A DNA stretch of 63,828 bases, filler included, from Octopus bimaculoides (Eukaryota): assembly GCF_001194135.2 (NCBI RefSeq). It is 8 parts of 7 records of this genome, joined end to end, with 100 filler letters (N's around TTAATTAATTAA, not from the genome) between each part and the next. Parts side by side here need not be neighbours in the genome. Positions count along the whole stretch, not along the records: positions 49,034 to 54,117 come from NC_068989.1; positions 54,218 to 61,639 come from NC_069010.1; positions 61,740 to 63,828 come from NW_026410054.1; 5 more parts are not named here. One strand, written 5' to 3'. The position numbers and the translations under genes are program-made. Positions 54,103 to 63,828 of the stretch are shown here, piece by piece; the first letter of the stretch is position 1, and every line of letters begins with the position of its first letter. The notes below the pieces were generated by a model that saw only the letters and a program-made list of their open reading frames with translations, was not told the origin of the DNA and made no database searches.

Positions 54103-54377
54103 GACACTTGCCTACTANNNNNNNNNNNNNNNNNNNNNNNNNNNNNNNNNNNNNNNNNNNNTTAATTAATTAANNNNNNNNNNNNNNNNNNNNNNNNNNN
54201 NNNNNNNNNNNNNNNNNTGACACTACCCCTATCACCACTTCCACGCACCCCATCCACTCTCATCCCACCCTGCCACTTCCTTCATCCTACCACCCTTTCC
54301 ACCCCCACTACCACCCTAACACCCCACCACTCCCATGCCCATCACTTCTACCATCTCTTCAAACTCCATCATTCCAA

Positions 54378-54610
54378 TGTGGAGGCTTAGTGGCTTAATG
54401 GTTAAGGGTGTCAGACTCATGATTGTAAGACTGTGGTTTCAATTCCTGGACCTGGTGGCACATTGTGTTCTTGAGCAAGACACTTCATTTCATGTTGCTC
54501 CAGTCCACTCAGCAAGCAAAAATGAGTAACCCTGCGATGGACTAGCATCCCATCCAGATGTGGAATATATATCGCATGGAAACAAGGAAACTGGCCCTTG
54601 TGAGTTGATA
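54378..54610 (+). mobile_element. tRNA-derived SINE with Meta-domain-like centre
   Basis: tRNA head, cttgagcaagacactt, then ccctgcgatggactagcatcccatccag (resembles MetaSINE consensus as remembered). Confidence 0.65.
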
Positions 54611-55870
54611 TGACCCAAGAAGGTAACCTTACCATTTTTACCACCATTCCACCACAAACCTGTCACTTCCTCCTCCCTTCAACCATTGCTCTCCTAACAG
54701 CTCTTCCAGCCTACCCTAACCCCAGCACCGCATCACCCTACTGCCTCTACCACCACCCTATGCCATTCCTTCCACCCAACAACTACCATCACCACCACCA
54801 CCATCATTATCACCACCTCTAACATCCCCACCACCATCACCACCACTGCCATCACCACTGCTGCCACCACCACCACCACCACTATCACCACTATCACCAC
54901 CACCATCACCANNNNNNNNNNNNNNNNNNNNNNNNNNNNNNNNNNNNNNNNNNNNNNNNNNNNNNNNNNNNNNNNNNNNNNNNNNNNNNNNNNNNNNNNN
55001 NNNNNNNNNNNNNNNNNNNNNNNNNNNNNNNNNNNNNNNNNNNNNNNNNNNNNNNNNNNNNNNNNNNNNNNNNNNNNNNNNNNNNNNNNNNNNNNNNNNN
55101 NNNNNNNNNNNNNNNNNNNNNNNNNNNNNNNNNNNNNNNNNNNNNNNNNNNNNNNNNNNNNNNNNNNNNNNNNNNNNNNNNNNNNNNNNNNNNNNNNNNN
55201 NNNNNNNNNNNNNNNNNNNNNNNNNNNNNNNNNNNNNNNNNNNNNNNNNNNNNNNNNNNNNNNNNNNNNNNNNNNNNNNNNNNNNNNNNNNNNNNNNNNN
55301 NNNNNNNNNNNNNNNNNNNNNNNNNNNNNNNNNNNNNNNNNNNNNNNNNNNNNNNNNNNNNNNNNNNNNNNNNNNNNNNNNNNNNNNNNNNNNNNNNNNN
55401 NNNNNNNNNNNNNNNNNNNNNNNNNNNNNNNGAGTGTGCCTACCTGTTCAATGCAAGAGAGATATAAAGTGACCAGAATTTGTAATTAACAAGTGAGGAG
55501 TTAGATAGGGAGTTTGACCCAGAAAACCAGCTGGAGCATGGAAAAATAAATATTGAAAAACACTGTATTTGGCCAAATTTGGACATACGACAGTTTAACA
55601 TAATAGCAACGATATTTATATATATATAATTAAAAATTTAGTGTTTAGCAAGTATTGCTTCATCACACACCAAAAATTAGAAATAGCAGCCAAAACTACT
55701 ATTTCTCTACCAAAACATACTACTCCCAAAAACAGCATCACTCGCAAAACACAAAGGTAAAAAAGGAAAAAATAATGAATCCTACCCGACTTTGATTAAT
55801 TACAGATGTCTGTAATTAATCAAAGTTGGGTATGTATGTACGGATGTATGTATGTATGTACGGATGTATG

Positions 55871-55907
<37 letters not shown>

Positions 55908-56752
55908 NNNNNNNNNNNNNNNNNNNNNNNNNNNNNNNNNNNNNNNNNNNNNNNNNNNNNNNNNNNNNNNNNNNNNNNNNNNNNNNNNNNNNNNNNNNNN
56001 NNNNNNNNNNNNNNNNNNNNNNNNNNNNNNNNNNNNNNNNNNNNNNNNNNNNNNNNNNNNNNNNNNNNNNNNNNNNNNNNNNNNNNNNNNNNNNNNNNNN
56101 NNNNNNNNNNNNNNNNNNNNNNNNNNNNNNNNNNNNNNNNNNNNNNNNNNNNNNNNNNNNNNNNNNNNNNNNNNNNNNNNNNNNNNNNNNNNNNNNNNNN
56201 NNNNNNNNNNNNNNNNNNNNNNNNNNNNNNNNNNNNNNNNNNNNNNNNNNNNNNNNNNNNNNNNNNNNNNNNNNNNNNNNNNNNNNNNNNNNNNNNNNNN
56301 NNNNNNNNNNNNNNNNNNNNNNNNNNNNNNNNNNNNNNNNNNNNNNNNNNNNNNNNNNNNNNNNNNNNNNNNNNNNNNNNNNNNNNNNNNNNNNNNNNNN
56401 NNNNNNNNNNNNNNNNNNNNNNNNNNNNNNNNNNNNNNNNNNNNNNNNNNNNNNNNNNNNNNNNNNNNNNNNNNNNNNNNNNNNNNNNNNNNNNNNNNNN
56501 NNNNNNNNNNNNNNNNNNNNNNNNNNNNNNNNNNNNNNNNNNNNNNNNNNNNNNNNNNNNNNNNNNNNNNNNNNNNNNNNNNNNNNNNNNNNNNNNNNNN
56601 NNNNNNNNNNNNNNNNNNNNNNNNNNNNNNNNNNNNNNNNNNNNNNNNNNNNNNNNNNNNNNNNNNNNNNNNNNNNNNNNNNNNNNNNNNATATATATCT
56701 ATATATACGTATATGTATATATATATATATATGTATATAGGCATATATACAC

Positions 56753-56785
<33 letters not shown>

Positions 56786-56793
56786 TGTAAATA

Positions 56794-57002
56794 ATATGGG
56801 TGGCTAAACGCAATTTTACAGCCTAAAGGCAGAAATATATATGTCACCAAAGAGGTAAGATACCAATCAACTCTAGTATTACAAGAAATAAAAGTCAAAA
56901 TGACTCGTTGGCCACAGAAAGCTGTATCCAAATGACTTTGTCACTGTAGTGACGTATATATTTCTGCCTTTGGGATGTATAATTGCGTTTAGCCACCCAT
57001 AT
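56794..57002. mobile_element. Foldback MITE (about 55-bp TIRs)
   Basis: atatgggtggctaaacgcaatt..aaaggcagaaatatat.gtcac versus gtgac.tatatatttctgccttt..aattgcgtttagccacccatat. Confidence 0.8.
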
Positions 57003-57418
57003 CAGTTATAATTTTCACTTTTACCATTTATGAACTTAACGTATGATTTCAATGGATTTCTTATAAACCGACAAGGCAAGCTGTGTTAAACCCTAGGCAC
57101 GGTGAGAGCCACCAATGAGCATTAAGATGAGTAAGCATTAGTATGTGAAATCATCGATAATCTGGCTATATCTGCTGCTGTAGAGAGCTTGCCTCCCTTG
57201 TCGGTCATTAAGATTGTTGTGCTTTCTGTGGCTATTGAGTTGTTTTGACTCTTATTTCTAGCAATACTCGTATTGATTAGTGTCCTTTGTCACTTTATGT
57301 GTGTGTCACTATATGTGTGTGTGTGCGTGTGTGCGTATGTGTGTATGTGTGTGTCTCTGTATGTGTGTGTGCATGTGTGTGTGATTGTATGTATGTGTGT
57401 GTGTGTATATATATATAT

Positions 57419-57457
<39 letters not shown>

Positions 57458-57464
57458 CAGACAG

Positions 57465-57501
<37 letters not shown>

Positions 57502-57508
57502 AACAGAC

Positions 57509-57555
<47 letters not shown>

Positions 57556-57642
57556 TAGATAGATAGATAGATAGATAAACATGTAGATAGACAAACATGT
57601 AGATAGATAGACAGACAGATAGATAGATAGATAGATAGCTAT

Positions 57643-57682
<40 letters not shown>

Positions 57683-57835
57683 CAACAAAGAGACATAGAG
57701 AGATATAGAGAAATAGATAGCTAAGTTAGTCACATGTCATGTCTGACAAAGATGCTGAGCAACAAATATACGTTGACAAATAACAATAATCAAGGTCAGA
57801 TATTATCTTAACAATTTCAACAAGTTTTGGAGACA

Positions 57836-57880
57836 ACTACGAACATGTTTCAATGTTATAAAGACCTCATCAGTGAGCCA
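57836..57880 (-). ncRNA. Degenerate hammerhead motif
   Basis: CTGATGAG..17 nt..GAAACATGT (palindromic stem III); stems I and II pair poorly. Confidence 0.35.
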
Positions 57881-57986
57881 CAGACTTCACTAATCCTACC
57901 AAAGAAAAGCTAAATATACATGTTTATGATATAGAACTAAAATAAACATGCTTGATTATCATCAGAAAAGCGAGGAAAATACTTAC

Positions 57987-58076
57987 CAGGAGATAATCAC
58001 AGGTACCATTGGAACTCTTCACACATTGAAGATAGAAAACACCATCTCCATTCACCACATCGTAGATAGCAACATT
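57987..58076 (-). CDS. Candidate 90-nt phase-0/0 coding exon (NVAIYDVVNGDGVFYLQCVKSSNGTCDYLL), product unidentified
   Basis: Pyrimidine-rich acceptor ttttccacag and donor gtaagt; the other two frames contain stops. Confidence 0.65.
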
Positions 58077-58929
58077 CTGTGGAAAATTCAATGATAAAAA
58101 TGAATTGTAAATAAAATAGGAAAATGAAAATTATAATCAATTATGAGATTTGAATACATCTATAGGCACAAGCATGGCTGTGCGGTACTTTGGACATGTG
58201 TCTTCTGCTATATAGACTTGGGCCGACCAAAGTCTTGTCAGTGGATTTCGTAGACAGAAACTGAAAGAAGCCCATTGTGGAGCACATCTGACACATCAGA
58301 CTTAGCAATGACATCTTGGTCTCACTCCAATTCCATTCTACCAGTCATTCACGACAACACCTGACTGTTTTTGGATTGTCTTTGCACAGGGGCCATCCAG
58401 ATGCTGCCATTGCCATGAACAGGAATTAATCTTTTCTCTTTGCTCTTTTGCGTCACATAGGCTCAACCCTCCTCCTCTCCTCTCTTCGCTCCAACCTACT
58501 TTCTCTCTTCATCGATACCACCCCACTCTCCTCACACCCCAAACCCCACATCCCCATCCCTCACCACCACATGCTACCCCCAGACATGCCACTCCACACC
58601 ACCCCCACATCACACCATACCCCCACACCACTCCATACACACTAGCAATGCCCACTTCCCAGCCTCCATGCACACTAGCACTGACCACTTCCCAGCCCCC
58701 ACACTACAGACCATCATCTGCACACCCACATGTTACAGACGCACACACTTACACATTCACACTCATCAAAGTTACCTGTCCCTATCCACACACAGACACA
58801 CACACGCACATGCACCTTTGTTTTGGAATCACCAATACTTTATTATCTCCCTTTCTTTCAAACACTCCTGTCAAACCTTCTTTTCCAACTAGTTGCCATG
58901 CATGTCTACTAGATCCACAAGTTATTTTA

Positions 58930-59070
58930 TTCTCTCTGTTATTTTCTCGTACTCCTTTCTGTTGAAAAAGCACAGGGTCAAAATGTAAAAGACTTTCTCA
59001 CATTTCCGAGCATCAAACTAATACATCTACTTGTTGTTCATACCCGTCTTCGTTTTCTGTTTTTCTGCAA
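58930..59070 (+). mobile_element. Third copy of the CUGUUGA-HHR repeat (ribozyme decayed)
   Basis: cttt-CTGTTGA at 58959, followed by taatacatc..ttgttg..gtcttcg as in 17650-17820. Confidence 0.6.
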
Positions 59071-59751
59071 ATTTCAACTATATATATATATGTCTGCATG
59101 TATGTATTTGTGTGTTTGTGCCTGTGCCCCCCCCCCAACATCCGTATGTTTATGCCCCAATAACTTAGCATTTCGACAAAAAAAAAAAAAACCAATAGAA
59201 TAAGTACAAGGCTTGCAAAGAATAAGTCGTGGGGTCAAAGTCTTCAACAAAAAAGGCAGTGCTCCAGCATGGCCGCAGTCAAATGACTTAAACAAATAAA
59301 AGAATAAAAGAATATATATTCAGTGAGACAACCTTAGTTGTCTCGACACAAAACGTTGTTTATTAATTGTCTGCTTTTATTCATCCAATCAAGTAACACA
59401 GTTCTGTCATGTGATGTTTTCCTTATCTCATATTGTTTATCATTTTAGCTTACACCTTTTCATCCAACCAGGTGACACTTTATTGGCTCTATTGGGTGAC
59501 ATTTTTTATACATTAACTCATCTTATGGATTTATTCTTCTTCACCCTGGGGCACTTGTGTTAGTGCAATCTTATTCATTTATATTGTGGACAACTAGAAT
59601 GACAGTTCACCATTTTATGTTTCGTTTTGGAATTATTGCAACATTTTAATATTTTTCGCTTGTTAATAAAATCATAATCTGAGCACGATATCATTTATTA
59701 TTCCTATGCTATAACATTTATATACACAAACATACACATACACACACAAAT

Positions 59752-59808
<57 letters not shown>

Positions 59809-60251
59809 NNNNNNNNNNNNNNNNNNNNNNNNNNNNNNNNNNNNNNNNNNNNNNNNNNNNNNNNNNNNNNNNNNNNNNNNNNNNNNNNNNNNNNNNNNNN
59901 NNNNNNNNNNNNNNNNNNNNNNNNNNNNNNNNNNNNNNNNNNNNNNNNNNNNNNNNNNNNNNNNNNNNNNNNNNNNNNNNNNNNNNNNNNNNNNNNNNNN
60001 NNNNNNNNNNNNNNNNNNNNNNNNNNNNNNNNNNNNNNNNNNNNNNNNNNNNNNNNNNNNNNNNNNNNNNNNNNNNNNNNNNNNNNNNNNNNNNNNNNNN
60101 NNNNNNNNNNNNNNNNNNNNNNNNNNNNNNNNNNNNNNNNNNNNNNNNNNNNNNNNNNNNNNNNNNNNNNNNNNNNNNNNNNNNNNNNNNNNNNNNATTA
60201 TTCCTATGCTATAACATTTATATACACAAACATACACATACACACACAAAT

Positions 60252-60283
<32 letters not shown>

Positions 60284-60286
60284 CCT

Positions 60287-60611
60287 CATCATCATCGTTT
60301 CACATTCGCTTTCCATGCTAGCTTGGGTTGGACGATTTGACAGAGGACTGGTGAACCAGATGGCTACACCAGTCTCCCATCTGATTTGGCAGAGTTTCTA
60401 CAGCTGGATGCCCTTCCTAACGCCAACCACTCCGAGAGTGTAGTGGGTGCTTTTACATGCCACCTGCACGAAGGCCAGTCAGGCGGTACTGGCAACGGCC
60501 ATGCTCAAAATGGTGTATTTTACATGCCACCCGCACAGGAGCCAGTCCAGGGGCACTGGCAATGATCTCACTCGAATGACTTTTCACGTGCCACCGGCAC
60601 AAGTGCCAGGA
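60287..60611 (-). mobile_element. Retroposon with RTE-like 3' tail ending in (GAT)n; internal ~65-bp repeats
   Basis: Minus strand gttaggaagggcatccagctgtagaaac...gctagcatggaaagcgaatgtgaaacgatgatgatg; ttttacatgccacc-like unit x3. Confidence 0.6.
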
Positions 60612-60768
60612 TNNNNNNNNNNATATATTAGGGATAAAATCCAAAATTACAGGTAAAAACTCAATTAAAATCAATTTAATAAAAATTAAAATAAAATTAA
60701 ATTTCACAGTATAAAATATATATAAATATATAGTTTTAGGGAAAAGAACCAAGGTTCATGAACTCATC

Positions 60769-60799
<31 letters not shown>

Positions 60800-61225
60800 T
60801 ATACATACACATTATTGACCACACATACTCAATGTATGTGTTTTGCTTGTTGGCCAGTATGCTGCATTTTAGTGCTGTCAATAATATTGTACAACACCAA
60901 CACTGCTTCTAATTCATAATTGAATATGTGCTTGTGCGTGTGTGTGTATTAAAATATAAGTAAGATTCAGTTGAATTAGGTACTTCAATCGAGGCACCTC
61001 GTTAGGTCGGAATAATATACACACACAACAACAACAACATTATGTAAATATCAAACTTGATACATAATAAGTACCGGCCAAATGATACTCTTGCAGTGTA
61101 TGTAGGCAATTAGACCCAGCTGAACGAAGAAATCTGCTCTTGAGTTATTCAGACATGTACATTATATTAAATATATCATCTATAATATTAACGAAGGGCA
61201 GAGTCCGAGACAGGTGAATAAAATA

Positions 61226-61620
61226 TAAATGAGTAACAGTAGAGGTACAGGTGTCAGTCCATTATGGCCATTTCTAACGACTCTTTTAATTGATTAATGA
61301 AAACATTTCATTATTGTAACGAAACCGTTTTTGTCAGATGAATTCATGAACTTCAAAATAAAGAACATTCAAAATGATTTAACACTAGTTAACATAGATT
61401 CTGTCAAGTGAAATTAGTAGCAGAAACACTGTAAATGTTTTGCTTCGTGGATTTTAAAGTATGTTAAATCATTTTGAATGTTCTTTATTTTGAAGTTCGT
61501 GAATTCATCTGACAGAAACAGTTTCTTTAGATCGATGTAATGCTTTCATTAATCATTTAAAGGAGTTATCAGAAACGGCCATAATAGATTGACACCTAAG
61601 CCTCTACTGTTACTCATTTA
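61226..61620. mobile_element. Foldback MITE (about 165-bp TIRs) at a TA site
   Basis: taaatgagtaacagtagagg..ggtgtca...tcaaaatgatttaaca versus tgttaaatcattttga...tgacacc..cctctactgttactcattta. Confidence 0.85.
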
Positions 61621-63090
61621 TATATATATATATATATATNNNNNNNNNNNNNNNNNNNNNNNNNNNNNNNNNNNNNNNNNNNNTTAATTAATTAANNNNN
61701 NNNNNNNNNNNNNNNNNNNNNNNNNNNNNNNNNNNNNNNATACACACTTAAACGCACACATACACGTACATACACACAGAGAAATACACAAACATACACA
61801 AGAAAGGCTTGACTGAAGTTTGAAACTTGTACTCAGCAATTTAATATATTTAATATATATTGGTGTTATGTAATTGTAAATTGTTGACAGTAGTCAGTAT
61901 CGTTTTGCCACGGTTACATTTTGAGCATGTCCATACCTCAGATCAACTACATCAATTATAATGACTTATATGAATACACAAGCAGCAGATTTATATGTTC
62001 ACAGATACATGCATTTGTAGAACATTATACTGTTGTTCTGTTTATGTATGCACATGCACATCCGTAGCCACGGAACATTATGCATGTGTGTGTGCATCTA
62101 AGCTTACCAACAGTTGTACACGTGCATATGTATGTGTATACATGTATACCTATGTGTGATCTGTGTTTATAAATATATACATATATATATNNNNNNNNNN
62201 NNNNNNNNNNNNNNNNNNNNNNNNNNNNNNNNNNNNNNNNNNNNNNNNNNNNNNNNNNNNNNNNNNNNNNNNNNNNNNNNNNNNNNNNNNNNNNNNNNNN
62301 NNNNNNNNNNNNNNNNNNNNNNNNNNNNNNNNNNNNNNNNNNNNNNNNNNNNNNNNNNNNNNNNNNNNNNNNNNNNNNNNNNNNNNNNNNNNNNNNNNNN
62401 NNNNNNNNNNNNNNNNNNNNNNNNNNNNNNNNNNNNNNNNNNNNNNNNNNNNNNNNNNNNNNNNNNNNNNNNNNNNNNNNNNNNNNNNNNNNNNNNNNNN
62501 NNNNNNNNNNNNNNNNNNNNNNNNNNNNNNNNNNNNNNNNNNNNNNNNNNNNNNNNNNNNNNNNNNNNNNNNNNNNNNNNNNNNNNNNNNNNNNNNNNNN
62601 NNNNNNNNNNNNNNNNNNNNNNNNNNNNNNNNNNNNNNNNNNNNNNNNNNNNNNNNNNNNNNNNNNNNNNNNNNNNNNNNNNNNNNNNNNNNNNNNNNNN
62701 NNNNNNNNNNNNNNNNNNNNNNNNNNNNNNNNNNNNNNNNNNNNNNNNNNNNNNNNNNNNNNNNNNNNNNNNNNNNNNNNNNNNNNNNNNNNNNNNNNNN
62801 NNNNNNNNNNNNNNNNNNNNNNNNNNNNNNNNNNNNNNNNNNNNNNNNNNNNNNNNNNNNNNNNNNNNNNNNNNNNNNNNNNNNNNNNNNNNNNNNNNNN
62901 NNNNNNNNNNNNNNNNNNNNNNNNNNNNNNNNNNNNNNNNNNNNNNNNNNNNNNNNNNNNNNNNNNNNNNNNNNNNNNNNNNNNNNNNNNNNNNNNNNNN
63001 NNNNNNNNNNNNNNNNNNNNNNNNNNNNNNNNNNNNNNNNNNNNNNNNNNNNNNNNNNNNNNNNNNNNNNNNNNNNNNNNNNNNNNNNNN

Positions 63091-63187
<97 letters not shown>

Positions 63188-63828
63188 GATTGCATGCTTG
63201 TATTTTAGTATGCGTCTAAGTATGTATGTACATAAGTATGTATATATGGATGTATGTCTGTATACATGTACATATCTCATAGCTGACGTGGAAGGCATAT
63301 CTAAGTAAGAAATTGTAAATCTTCGAGTTCGATACCTATAAGTTACCTCTTGGAGAAGTACTTTTCATTATAGCATGGCGTGAGTGATAGTTGTGCAGAC
63401 GTCTGACAGCCAAGCGTTTTGATTACAATTACAATCACTGTTTCCAGCCCTCTCTCTCTCATTGAACCATGTTGCTGGCCTGTAACTTATGTTAAAAGGT
63501 GATCACATATTTTGAACATTCCGTTACTTAAAAGTTACTCTGACGATAAGTTATTCGAAAACGACCTATAGTTTATTCATCTTGCTTTAGCAGTTTGCTG
63601 AAGAACATCCTGTTTGAACCAGTTGCAATTTCTGTAATATATAGAATCATTAGAGAAAACCTTTGGGAAAATCCTGAACTTTAAAAGGGCGCAAGTAAAT
63701 GTAGCTATGCAAAGAATGTGTGTGTGAGTGTGTATAAATATACATATATATGTGAGTCATATATATGCATAATATATAATATAGCTATTTATGTATATAT
63801 ATTATATATCTATCTATCTATCTATCTA

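Noticed and set aside
63560-63632. Minus-strand acceptor (ctaat...ttacag)
   Set aside because: All three frames stop before a credible donor.

Overview
AT-rich animal genomic DNA, dense in microsatellites and N gaps. The repeat families look like those of an octopod cephalopod (Octopus-like; inferred from remembered family sequences, not a search). Seven artificial 100-bp spacers (N44-TTAATTAATTAA-N44) split the window into eight separately assembled pieces, so adjacency across them is not evidence. There is no intact gene; almost all listed ORFs are microsatellite or N-gap artefacts. Recognisable content is decayed mobile DNA: Penelope-like elements (Poseidon-type and Nematis-type), R4/Dong-type and RTE LINEs, Helitrons, mariner and Chapaev-like remnants, a solo LTR, foldback MITEs and several tRNA-derived SINE families. 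There are also one or two candidate host exons. Most notable are eight or more minimal hammerhead ribozyme (HHR) motifs. One, at 50.5-51.1 kb, sits in a head-to-head foldback in which one arm carries a 66-nt GT..AG segment holding the HHR core and the other arm lacks exactly that segment, as if copied from spliced RNA.
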